In this document: piece after piece, positions 1 to 12,209 of the stretch
Numbering within the stretch: position 1 is the first letter of the stretch
How the letters are laid out: the number at the start of each line of letters is the position of its first letter
Translations under genes and position numbers: made by a program
Notes under the pieces: generated by a model
The model's input: the letters and a program-made list of their open reading frames with translations, nothing else
Told to the model about the DNA's origin: nothing
The model's database searches: none
Origin: Octopus vulgaris
Lineage: Eukaryota
Direction of reading: 5' to 3'
Assembly: GCA_951406725.2 (NCBI GenBank)
Contig: OX597817.1
Span: 161,572,001-161,636,000 of the forward strand
Length of the DNA: 64,000 nt

Positions 1-664
1 TTGCCTCAACAACCTCTGCCTGAACCATGCAAGCATGGGAAAATGGGCAGTAAATGATGATATAACTACAAGAATCAGACTGTTTACCACCCCACCAAAC
101 ATTAACAGTGAAGTGTGGACTAGATAGAACATTTTAGAGATATTAATTTAAATACACTCTTAGTGAAGGGAATCATACTCAGATTTCTTGACATCAGTCC
201 TACATTAGTTATCAGAGTAACAAATAGGCAATTTGGGACAATCAAAATATAAAAATACATGAAAAAAGTTCTTTAATACAGTCTTCTGAAGAAATGAAAT
301 CTTTCAAGATATCCTGGTAAATAACAAAAGCAATTTTCAAAGAATTTGAAGTGTCAGTAATGATATTAAGAAGTGTCAGTTTAATGTCTCACAAAAGAGG
401 TGGGCTGACCAAAAGTCTGTGGATTTTAATGGAAAATTAAACAAGAGAAAAATATATATAAATGTTCTTTTTCATGTTACATATAAGTATATCTTCACAT
501 TTTAATTCAAGTCATGCTGTTTTATGTTTTGAAACTAATGTATGAAAACAGTTTAACTGTATGTTTTGATGTTACACAACACCACTTCAAGGAAATTGTT
601 TCATAACAAATTACAAATATTAGAATTAAGTCAATTCTTTGTGAAATAGAGAATCGTTCCAAAT

Positions 665-994
665 CAGTGGTTCTCAACCGCGGTCCATATAAGATTTTGC
701 AGGGTCCATGCAAGCAAAACAGTAAATTGGGGATCTACAGTAGTATATTGAGGGTCCATGAAAAAATGTAATTTGGATGTATTTATTACCAGAAACAGCC
801 AGATTTCTTCCTTTGACATTTTACATATTTCAAATTACACAAGTTAATGTGGTGAAAGCCAAAATAGGAATTTTGAAAAAAGTATCTATAAAACCAGCTT
901 TGAAACATCGAATGACTATAGGAGTTCACCAGAAAAAATTATAATCAAAGGGGTCCATAGGTAAAAAAAAAAAAAAAACGGTTGAGAACCACTT
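665..994. mobile_element. hAT-type MITE in MTA intron 3
   Basis: TIRs CAGTGGTTCTCAACC / GGTTGAGAACCACT; homologous copy at 10332-10652. Confidence 0.8.
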
Positions 995-2294
995 AGGTAA
1001 ATGTTAGTGTGACATTATGAGTTGATAACTAGACTTACAAACTGAAAGCAAAGAGGTTAAATTATTTATAGAAACAGCAAAATTCGCTGAGAATAAAATA
1101 CAGTTGTTTGACTAATTTTCAGTTTGTACAGGTTTATTTGAGAATCGGTCAGGTGTAAAATGAATGCTCAGGTGAAATTTTATCAACATTACAGTATTTT
1201 TTCATACTTGACTGATGACGAAATATCTCCATCATAATAGCATTTTCTTTGGACAAAGAGTCTACAGATGCTTTAAAAAAATACTCATTACAACTTCCAA
1301 AAAAATGTTTTTTTACTGTTTAGGGTACCCAAGTTTGAACTGTGGTACTTTAGTTAAGATGTTTGCAAAACTTAAAATACTGAGGCATGACCAGAAAAAG
1401 AGGGTCAAATGGAAAACTAGAAAAAGAGAGACAGGGAGATATTATCATCGTTTTTAGAGACACCAGATGATAGTTTCTTTACATGTCTTACTGTCAAGGC
1501 CAAGCTATGCCGCCAGAGAGGTGAGAGAGAGAGAGGCAGCAAGCAACATGTCAGTCAAGGAACGATAATCAATGATAGGTGAGAAATGAATTTAAATCTA
1601 AACTTGATTAACAACAGCATGGCACAGGTTGGGCGGTACAGGTGCCAATAACCTAGATAAAGTCGGGAGTGTAGCCTGGAGCCAAGTGCCTAGCAGCGAG
1701 GCTGTTTCGAGACATGCCCCAAGCTGTGATGCTGCAAACAATAACCAGTCGTATGTAATGGTTGGTAAGACGACAGTAGAAGGTAAGATGCTTGTCATAG
1801 CAGCAGTAGTAGTAGTGATGGCGATGGTAGCAGCAGCGAAGTCAGGGTACATACATCTACCATTATGCAGCAGTGTCAGGGTAATAAGACCTCAACTATT
1901 TTGCACTTCACTGCAGCTTCATCATTCACATCACCGCAGCCACCACCACCATCATCATCGTCGTCGTCTTCCTCTGACCAAAGCCGTCAACAAAACCTTT
2001 AAACATCACAGCACTGATCTAAGTTATGCCTAATTTTGAAACGGAGAAGTATTCTAACAAATTATTTCAACTACAAACGATAATATACAAAGTATAGAAA
2101 AGGGCGAATATGAGACGTTCATGCCGTCCACATAGGTACGAACGAATTAAACTAAACGTTCCTATAAAGAAAAAAAAATTTGAAAACGGGTCAGATTCAA
2201 CGAAGACTCTCTCCCGCCATATATAATATTTAATGTTTTTATTTTCAAATTCAACCAGCATCAACAATGATAACGAGAGGCAGAAGTAACTTAC

Positions 2295-2388
2295 TTTGAT
2301 GTTTATCCGCCAAAAGAATCAGCGAGCTAGATATATCTCTCCGCCGATAAAAACACATAACTTTAGCCTCGACATTGCCATTCGGAGT
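2295..2388 (-). CDS. MTA1: MTA coding exon 3 (BAH domain); the gene continues beyond the left window edge
   Basis: ttattattttag|ACT CCG AAT...CAT CAA A|gtaagt; 94 nt; [31 protein letters not shown] matches MTA; no exon 4 found in 1-2294. Confidence 0.96.
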
Positions 2389-3373
2389 CTAAAATAATAA
2401 CAACAATTTTTTTTTAAAACACACACAAAAAAAAAAAACTTTTGAAATCAAAGTTTCTAAATTTGAATTTTTTTTTTTTTTTCATCAAAAAATCAAAACA
2501 GTTTTTTTTTTTAAACTTAAAAAAAACAAAACAAACGTATCTACTTTAAATATAATTTCTAAAGTTTTATTTTTTCTTCTTTCAATATTTGATAATTAAA
2601 TGATCTCATGAAAAAAAAAAACAAAGATAAAAAAGACATACTTTTTATTTATTATTATTTATTTTTTTTTTAGTTAAATGAAGAGTTGAGAGGAGGTATC
2701 AATATGAAAGGCTATTATGTATGTGTGAATAAGAGCAAACATGATATAGCGGGTGGGAGAAGGAAATTGAGAGATCAGGGGGGAGGAAAGGCAGCGTTAG
2801 AGAGGGAGAGAGCGAGAGAAGCAGCACACATACATAGAGAAGGCTAACACACACACACATATACATACATACATACATGTATGTATGTATATAACTAGAC
2901 GTCGTTGGAAGGTGAAGACGAAAGCGGATTCTTTAGAAGCCATGGCAGCCATTGGACAAGTTGAAACAATCACAACAATGAAGGAAGAAAATGATGGTGG
3001 TGTCAGCAGAGACAGGAAATACCATCCACACTGGATAATCGATTTAAAGTGAAGAAAATAGTGGACAGTGAAATATCAGACACCCTTTCGGACCTTAAGG
3101 AGAAATATTTTTTTTACTTAACCGCCAACGGCTTCTCAATCCCCCCTCCCTCTCTTTCTCACTATATATATACATATATATATATATATATAATTTATTT
3201 ATTTATTTATTTGTGTACGTATAGACCTAGATTTGATTAATAAAATATTTTAGTTTCAAACAGACTATGTGAAAAAAAAAAAAGACCTGATGTTTCTAAG
3301 AATGGAGAGTTTTTTGAAACTCATGCCTTTCCAAAAGACTGATATTTCAGTAAATTAATGAAAAGTGAAATAT

Positions 3374-3805
3374 TTCCAGACAGGCATCGAAACCGGATCG
3401 CAGACTCGATTACCCGAGAAACGACCAATGAAATTATGGCTTTGACTTAAGCACAAGGATCTGGGTTTGCCTTTTTATATATATGTATACCGAGGGGTGG
3501 GGTTTGTACAGAATCCTGTACAATTTATCCCCTTTCCAATGATCATTCAATCATGTTAAAAGAATATGATTCTACACGAGAATCGAAACCGGATCGCTGA
3601 CTCGATTACAAGAAAAACGACCAATGTAATTATAGGTTCTATTCGATTAAGTACCAAGCATTTTTATTTCTTTTTTAGCGCGAGGGGACATAGATTATTG
3701 TGAAGCTCAGAGCTAGCTCCATTAAACGAAGCAAAAACGGTTCCAGGCAGGATTCGAAACCGAATTGTAGACCGAGTCGAGAAACAACCAATGAAATAAT
3801 AGGCC
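3374..3805 (-). ncRNA. Three tandem divergent tRNA-like (A/B-box) units in MTA intron 2
   Basis: Units at ~3374-3442, 3568-3639 and 3739-3805 share ATAATTTCATTGGT...GCGATCCGGTTTCGATTC on the minus strand; each is followed by T4-T5; not foldable into a canonical tRNA. Confidence 0.4.
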
Positions 3806-4989
3806 ATGTCACACCATATTTTTTTTTCTCGCTACATACTGACCATGAAATAGGAAACACACACACACACAATCATATACACTCTTATCAGTGCTCCATC
3901 CCTCCCTACTTCCCTGTCCACATCTGGAAGGAGAACCTAGTCTACCCCCTCCATTAGTCAGGGAGTTTATAGACATCCAAGATGTAGGTGAGTGTGTAGC
4001 TAATATTAGATAATATCCTATCTACCATGGCGGCGGATGGGTTGGAGAGAGGAGACACACAACACAGGCAAGTACTATTTCTAGCCATGCCACACACACA
4101 CACATTAAGTGGCCAGGCGATCCCTCTTCACTAGCCATATTCAGACCAAAGACCACCACCACTACCACCATCAACAACAGCAGTAGTGCTGTGTACTGTA
4201 ATCGAACTCTGTAATCCAGTTTAGTATTGGTTGAATTTTAAACCAACATGATAAAATAAAACTCCAGCCTAAGTGGAACGCATTGTTAGAGAGAGAGAGA
4301 GAGGGGAGTTTATGCGTGTGAGGGTGAGACATTGTTAAAGATACACACACACACACACACACAAAAAAAAAAAAATAAGGACTAATATATATATATATAT
4401 AAAAAATGAGTGTTTCTGTAATTACAAGTTTTGCGGGAAAGGGAGGCAGAACGGGGAGGCATTCATGCCACATGAAAAGGTTTTACTGCGCCATAAGCCA
4501 AGTAAAATAGTACAAGCGGGAATCGAAACCGGATCGCAGATAGATTTGATCCGCCTTTAAATACGTACACTAACAGAGCGTAAACGGACACACAGACACG
4601 AAATAAAAAAAAAACACTAACCAATAAAGAAATGGAAAATACGAAATATTTTATTTAAATTTTAAATCACAGGTAAGAGGGTTCAATTCACTTGTGGTCA
4701 CTTTTTCACACAAGTGGAGATAATAATGGCGTTGCAGCGAGATTTGGTTTCTCAGCTGAGACGTGTATATGTGTGTGTGCACATATATGTGAGTGTATAG
4801 ATGCATGTATACATGTATGGATATATATACACACACACACATATATATATATTGAAGAGAGAGAAGGGAGGGACAGATTGTGCAGGGGCGGATACAAGAC
4901 AAAAGATTCTCAAAATTGTATATAAAGCGTGTGTGTATGTGTTTGCTTAGATATAAGCGCATACACACACAGATATAAATTATTCCTAC

Positions 4990-5057
4990 CTTATTAAGCT
5001 CCTCGATACGCCGGATTTGATATGGGGTAGTCGAGGAAGTCTCAAAATATACATAGT
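4990..5057 (-). CDS. MTA1: MTA coding exon 2 (BAH domain)
   Basis: tttccaatttcag|AC TAT GTA...AAT AAG|gtagga; 68 nt; encodes (D)YVYFETSSTTPYQIRRIEELNK, in frame with exon 1. Confidence 0.96.
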
Positions 5058-5278
5058 CTGAAATTGGAAAAAGAGAAATATTTTAATAACAATATATCAT
5101 CAAAAATAAACAGCACGGATATACACATACAAATATATATTTATGTCTGTTGAAAATATACACACGTAATTACAAGAGCATGGCTGTAAATTAAGATATT
5201 TATATATAGTGATAATATTATATAACCCAGCGGTATACAAGAGATCTAAACTATAAAATAATCTTTCTATATATACAT

Positions 5279-5312
<34 letters not shown>

Positions 5313-5580
5313 AAGTACGCACATGGGTATATAACAAGCATGATCATATATATATATTTATATATATATAAAATATTAGAACGCACATGTATAGTCTAAG
5401 TGCAAAACTATTACATTAAAATAAATTTTTTGTATGTATATGTACATATATATTTTAATATGGTAACCTTATACATAGCGGGATGCTTCTGAGCTCCCAC
5501 AACGATTCGAACCCATACACACGTATAGATCTTACTTATCTCCTAGGCCAGCCAGCACGAGCCTCTGCGTGTGTGTATAT

Positions 5581-5620
<40 letters not shown>

Positions 5621-5630
5621 TATATATATG

Positions 5631-5678
<48 letters not shown>

Positions 5679-6312
5679 CGATAGACAGGTATGCATATTC
5701 ATGTATGTTGCTGTGGATGTATATACCATAGATTTATACACACATACATAGATGTTCAGGTTAAGCAAGAGTTCGGTGAAAGAAACGCTGAGAAATAGTT
5801 CCGATCCACCGACATAACGTTTCATGGTGATTTTTTCTTATTTTATTCTATATTCTAAGAGTATGTACGTAAGTGTGTGTATGTGTGTGTGTATGTCCGT
5901 GTGTGTAGCTGGCTGTGTAAATGTGTGTCTCTTGTGTATGTATGTGTGTGTACTTTATTTCATTTCGCTTAACCTCATTAAATTTAATAACAAATAAATC
6001 AAATTATAACATCCGAGTAAACAATGATGATATTATTATTAATAATGATGATGATGATGATGATGGTAATGGTAATAACGATGGCGAGGACGGTGGGAAA
6101 GAAGGTAAGAAAAAGTGCGAGAGAGAGAGAGATGAGAAAATAATATAAGGAATAAAAGACAAGAAAGAAACGAAATGTGAAAAAGAAACATGGCCCCGGT
6201 CAAAGGAGAAGGGTGAAAGAGAGTCGAGGGTGAAAGAGAGAGACAATAAGGCAGAGTGAAAGAGAAAGAATGAGAGAGAGAGAGAGAGAGAGGTATAGAG
6301 ACGAAATATTAA

Positions 6313-6343
<31 letters not shown>

Positions 6344-7043
6344 TAATAATATAGTAAGTTGGATAAAAGAAAAAATGGAAAAATAGTAAAAGAGACATGG
6401 TGAAAGAATTAGATCAAGAGAGAAACATATAAACAGTAGAAAAGACAGAGAAATGGAAGAGAATGAGGGAGCAGGAGAAAAACATGGAGACAGGGTGAAG
6501 GGAAAGATAGTAAGAAGAGAAGTATAGAAGAGAGACATTAGGGGACATCTTTCTATAAAAGGGTGATGGGGATTTTGGTGGGGTATCTTTTTTTTTTTTC
6601 TTTTTTTTGTCTCTCTCCTGTCCTCTCTTGTTCCAATCTCTCTCACCCACCATCGTGTGGTGGTGTAACCCAGGGGCGCTGAGAACTTTTAAACAAAACT
6701 TTGTCCCCCCTTTTTTTTTTTTTTTAGTAAATTTCGTATAACTAGTTTTTCAGAAATAACATCCAATTCCTTGAAGCACTTCAAATACCAAATTCTAAAG
6801 CAATCCGAAATAAAAACATAATCACACACGTCTCGTAGATTTTTTTTTTTTTTTTTCAAAAAAAAAAAAAGACAAGATAGACAGATTGAGCAAAAAAATA
6901 AGAGACAAGCAAGAGAGAAATAAAACTGAGAAAATAAGAATAAATATATAAGAGGCCGCTACCAGCGCGGAGGTGGCGGGTTCAGTCCATCAGTGATATA
7001 GATATACATAAATACATATATACACGGTAAAATCGATACGTAC

Positions 7044-7071
7044 CTCCTACCCGGTACATATTTGCCGCCAT
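7044..7071 (-). CDS. MTA1: MTA1/2/3 family (metastasis-associated protein, NuRD) coding exon 1
   Basis: Minus strand ATG GCG GCA AAT ATG TAC CGG GTA GGA G|gtacgt = MAANMYRVG, the conserved MTA N-terminus; 28 nt, phase-1 GT donor. Confidence 0.96.
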
Positions 7072-7290
7072 TTTCGACAATTCCTTGTGATAAGTTACAA
7101 CAAGTGATTATTTATGTAGCTGTAAAGACTTCCGACAATAGTACTTTTCCCAAAAAAATCGCAGTAAAGGGCTCGGAAAAGTCACCCCCTGATACGACAC
7201 ATATATCATGGAGTCGCCATTTCTCGGACCTGCTGTCTTCCTCCTCTCTTCACACGTGACGTCATTCGTCCTTCGGCAACGTTCGGCTTT
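7063..7290 (-). promoter_or_regulatory. MTA promoter / 5' UTR region
   Basis: CpG-retaining. YY1-type AAATGGCG motifs at the start codon (~7063-7074) and at ~7213-7222; overlapping E-box/CRE CACGTGACGTCA at ~7254-7264. Confidence 0.6.
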
Positions 7291-8931
7291 TTCACTGGAA
7301 AATTTGGCAAACAAATTCTGCCTCTCGAAAAATATATATAAATATGTATCACACATCCAGCATGTCTTCTGTAAACTTCAACTAAATTTATCAGACATAA
7401 AAAAAAACTCTAACTTGCTGCAGTCGGGCTGCTTCAGTTACTTTAGTGTGTTTTTGTTGTTTTTTATATTATTGTGAGGTTTCGTTTCGTCTGGCTTGCA
7501 GAGGGGGAAGGGGTGTATTTTTGTAGCTTTTTGTTTTTATTGTGTTATTTATTAGTTTATTTAAGTCGAACTTAATTTTTTTTGGTCTAAAAAGATCGAT
7601 TTTCGAACTTTATAATTAGTAACGATTAATTATTTAGGAACAATTTGATAACAATAATTTTGTAAGTGTGAAAAAATAAGACCCAAGTAGATACAATGAT
7701 ATATATATATATACATACATATATACATATATATATATATACACACACACAGAAAGAAAGAGAATGTGAGTGAGGGAGATAGACAAATAGATATGTGTAT
7801 GTGAGAATGAGTGTGTACTCCAATAGTGGTATGTCCCTTATATCCTTCACTTGAGTTTAGATTAATTTCTAATCTCTTCTATTAACGCCCATCGTTGAAC
7901 TCCTTATATTTTTCTTTTTCATAATTTTTTTTTTTTTGCATTTTTAAGGATTCACTTTTTTGAAGTTATCTTTTTTTTTAAAAAAAAATATTCAATCCAT
8001 CTTAAATAATTTTGTCTCGCAAATTTCTCTCCCTTTCAACCGCTGGCCGTACTTCCTTGTCTTCTCTCATAAGATCTTTCATATTGCTGTTGCTGTTGTT
8101 AATGGAGACACAAGACAGGGCTGCTCTAATCTCGCTCTCTCTCTCTTTCTTAAATTAAAAAAAAGAAATCGCTTCAATACTCTTTCTTTCTCATTTTTTT
8201 TTCTTATAAAATTTCCCTCTCTCTCTTTCTACACCATATCCTGTTTTTTCCTTTATTTATTTTTTACTTTATGAAATTTTCCCTCCTTTTTTATTACTCT
8301 CACTTTTCACTTGCTCTTTTCTCTCAGTCTCTCTTTCTCATTATTTCACTATCTTTTCGACCCCTTTTATTTTTTCTCTCCCTCTATTTTTTTCTATATA
8401 TCTTTTTCTCGCTGCTATTTTCTTTACATCCCTCCCTTCACTCCCTCTTTCACTCTCTCACTCTCCGTTCCCCCCCTTTATGTTTTGTGTCTTTCACTCT
8501 TACTCTTCCTCCTTTTTTTCCTTTCGCTTTTCCTCCTCCACTTCGTCCTCCCTTTCTTTGCTCTTTCTATCTTTCATTCTCTCTCTCCCTCCCTCATTCT
8601 CTCTCTCTCTATTTTCTTTGTTCTTTCTCTTCCATTTCTCACACTTTCTTTGTTTCGACCCTTCTCCCACTATAATTACTCTATGTATCTATCTACCATG
8701 CTTTCACTTATATTTCCTTTTTCTCTTTCTCTTTCCTCTCTAACCAAAATTTGGCTGACCTGATCAAATTTATTTCCTTTATTTCGTTTCTCCTCTTTAT
8801 CGAATGTCAGAACACCCATATCTTTAATAATTGAGGTTGACTAAATATATAAATGTGTCGTTCACGTAAGGTATCTCGTTAGGGACACACACATGCACAT
8901 ATCTATGTATACGTGTGTGTGTATGTATGTA

Positions 8932-8988
<57 letters not shown>

Positions 8989-9062
8989 ATGTGCGTCTGA
9001 ATGTGCATGCAATATATGTGGATGTATATAATATATATATTTATGTATAAACACGTGTGTGG

Positions 9063-9091
<29 letters not shown>

Positions 9092-9093
<2 letters not shown>

Positions 9094-9505
9094 TTTACGT
9101 GTTTCAGTCATTTGACCTCAGCCATGGTGGGGCACCGCCTTGAATTTTTTATTTGTTTTTTTTTGGGGGGGGGGGGTCGAACTAATTGACCCCAGTACTT
9201 ATTTGATTTTTAAGCCTGATACTTATTCAATCGGTATCTTTTGGCAAACCGCTAACTTATGGGGACGTAAACACACCAATGCCGGTTGTCAAGTGGCAGT
9301 GGGGAGACAAACGCATACATATATAATATACATACATATATATATATATACAACAGTCTTCTTTCAGTTTCCAATACCAAATCCACCCGCAAGGCTTTGG
9401 TTGGCCCGGGGCTATAGTAGAAGACACTTGCCCAAGGTGTCACGCAGTCGGATTGAACCCAGAACCATGTGGTTAGGAAGCAAACTTCTTACCACACAGC
9501 ACACA
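9092..9505 (-). mobile_element. tRNA-derived SINE, family A (CORE-like CCTTGGGCAAGT, internal microsatellite, GACTGAAACAAGTAAAAG tail)
   Basis: Same sequence recurs at ~14053-14428, 15028-15375, 23272-23640, 30295-31082, 31518-31890, 48733-49550, 52139-52530 and 63762-64000; boundaries approximate. Confidence 0.8.
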
Positions 9506-9718
9506 CCCACAACTGGACCTATCTATCATTGGTCCCTTATTCACCAGTCATTATATTCATCCTTCAACCTTACCCAGTTTCTATAGTTGTTGCTTACCTA
9601 CCCTCCTCTCTCACTCATTCTCCATCTCTGACCCTGCCAAACAATCCTGCAACCTGCCACACATTCACACTCCTGCTTCTTCTATCCTTCTCACATCTAC
9701 ACACCTCATACCCTGAAT

Positions 9719-10025
9719 GTGTGGAGGCACATGGCCTAGTGGTTAGAGCAGCGGACTCGCGGTCGAGGGATCGCGGGTTCGAATCTCAGACCGGGCAATG
9801 TGTGTGCTTATGAGCGAAACATCTAAGCTCCACGCGGCTCCAACAGAAGATAATGGCGAACTTCTGCTGACTCTTTCGCCACAACTTTCTCTCACTCTTT
9901 CCTCCTGCATCTTGCAGCTCACCTGCAACGGACCGGCATCCTGTCCAGGTGGGGAACCTATACACCAAGGAAACTGGGAAACCAGCCCTTATGAGCCAGG
10001 CGTGGCTCAAGAAGGAACAAACAAA
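9719..10025 (+). mobile_element. tRNA-derived SINE, family B
   Basis: Head GTGGAGGCACATGGCCTAGTGGTTAGAGC (A box) ...GGTTCGAATC (B box), (AAAC)n tail; other copies at ~36941-37234, 40068-40285, 42630-42885 and 48075-48385. Confidence 0.85.
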
Positions 10026-10331
10026 CATAACCTGAATGTCCACCCAGACACCTCATCACCAATATTTCGATCTGTTTCTAGTTCCACATGTGAGAAGTCA
10101 TGTACCTCCTCTCCAATCCCAAAAATCCTGTTCTGCCCTGACCCCTTCTTATACTTTTATCCCCTCTTCTCTTAGCATAAAACCACCTTCTAGGGACTGT
10201 AGTCTTGCAAGCTGAATGACAAACTCAGTAGTGCTGGTGGCGTGAAAAAAAGCACCTAGTACATGCCGTAAAGCGGTTGGCATCAGGCAGGACATCCAGC
10301 TATAGAAATCATACCTAAGCAGATTATATAG

Positions 10332-10652
10332 CAGCTGTTCTCTACCAGGGTCCATATGACCCCTGAGGTTCCATATAAGATTTTTGGGAGTCCACAAAAC
10401 AAAATAGTAAACTGGGGATCTACAATAGTATTTTAAGAGCCCCTGAAAAAAATTTTCAAGAAACAGCTAGGTTTCTTTCTTTAACATTTTACATCGTTTA
10501 ACTTACACAAGTTAATGTTTAAAAACAAAATAGGATTTTTGAAAGAAGTTTCTATATAACTTGATTTTAAACAACAAATGGCTATGGGGGTCCACCAGAA
10601 TAAAATACTAATCAAGGGGAGTCCATAAATAAAAAATGGCTGAGAACCCCTT
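10332..10652. mobile_element. hAT-type MITE (same family as 665-994), inserted into another repeat
   Basis: Degenerate CAG..GTTCTC / GAGAACCCCT termini; internal identity to the 665-994 copy. Confidence 0.7.
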
Positions 10653-12209
10653 ATCTATAGCATGATGCAATCCTAGGACCTACCAAGTCCTATTAAACTG
10701 TCTACCCATGACAGCATAGAGCATGGACATTAAATGATGATGATATATATATTTATATAATAATCTTGTGTGTGTGTGTCAAAAATGACCAACACCAAAG
10801 TAGGCCTATGACCCAATAACCTTAAAGTTCCCTTCTGTTTGTTATTTAGGAAGGTCCACTATCTACCACTGACTCGCCATGCCTCTTACAACCTCATTGT
10901 ATTTGTTAGCTATGTAAAATGATACATTTGGCTCAAGGACATAATGCATTTCTCAGCCCAAGAATCGAAACCACAATCTAGTGATCATGAGTCTAAGACG
11001 CATACCTCCACATACATGTATGCATATATGTATATGTATATATCACGGAGTGATTGGCGTTAGGAAGGGCATCCAGCTGTAGAAACACTGCCAGATCAGA
11101 CTGGAACCTGGTGCAGCCTCCTGGCTTCCCAGACCCCGGTCGAACTGTCCAACCCATGCTAGCATGGAAAGCAGACGTTAAACGATGATGATGATGATGA
11201 TGATGATATCATCATCATCATTTAACGTCTGTGTTCCATGCTAGTGTGGGTGGGGCAGTACCACAAGAGCCGGCCAGACCAAAGCCTGCACCAGACTTCT
11301 GTGACTGTTTTGGCCGGACTTTTACAGCTGGATGCCCTTCCTAACACCAACCACTCAGCAGAGTGGACTGAGTGCTTTTTATTTGGCGCAAGCACACACA
11401 AGGTCCGTTTTTGCAAGGTTTTTACAGCTGGATGCCCTTCCAAACATCAACCACTTTACAGTGTGGACTGGGTGCTTTTAAGTGGCACCTGCACTGACAG
11501 GGTCACCAAGACAAAAACTTTTAAGAGGGGAGGAGGCATTGCAGGAGGTAATGATGAAAAGATTATAGTGAGACAGATACAGGTGTCTTGCTGTAGAGAA
11601 AGTACAAGGTTACCCAGGTGGATAGAGAAAGATCAATAATGAAGACAGAAACAGGTATGCTACTGCAAAGAAAATACATGGTTGCCCAACCTGAGGGAAG
11701 TACAGGAGAAACAGAGAGAGAGAGAGACTGCAGGATTCAGATGGTGGCAAAATGCTGGGCATACTCACAAGGATCGGGGATCAGAGTATAAATGAGCTGG
11801 TTGAGTAAAGGAAGAGAGAGATATAGGCAGTGGCAAGTGCCAGGGTATACACTTGAGGTTCAAATGCCATAAGTGACAGGATAGGAGACTGGTAAATTCT
11901 CAAAATCTATTTCCTTTTATTTAACAATGTCATATAGCATATTTTTTTCATTACAGCAGCCTACACGTGTTTCTATAGCAAAGAGTATGGGCAGTTGCAT
12001 GTGCAAGCAGGCATAATTTTCTGAGCAGCTTCATTCAGGTTCTTTCAACCAGCTTGTCTCAAAGTGAACATAGCAGTTCGGCAAAAGAGACCAATAGAAT
12101 AAGTACTGGGCTTACAAAGAATAAACCCCAGGGTCAATTTGCTCGACTAAAGACAGTGCTCCAACATGGCCACAGTCAAATGACTGAAACAAGTAAAAGA
12201 GAGTATATA

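Noticed and set aside
1598-2033. Overlapping 84- and 134-aa ORFs in MTA intron 3
   Set aside because: No recognisable domain, partly triplet repeats, and no match to the expected MTA exon 4 (..HRELFLSRQ)
9719-9795. Apparent tRNA gene
   Set aside because: Continues into a SINE body and tail with many copies; acceptor stem not formed
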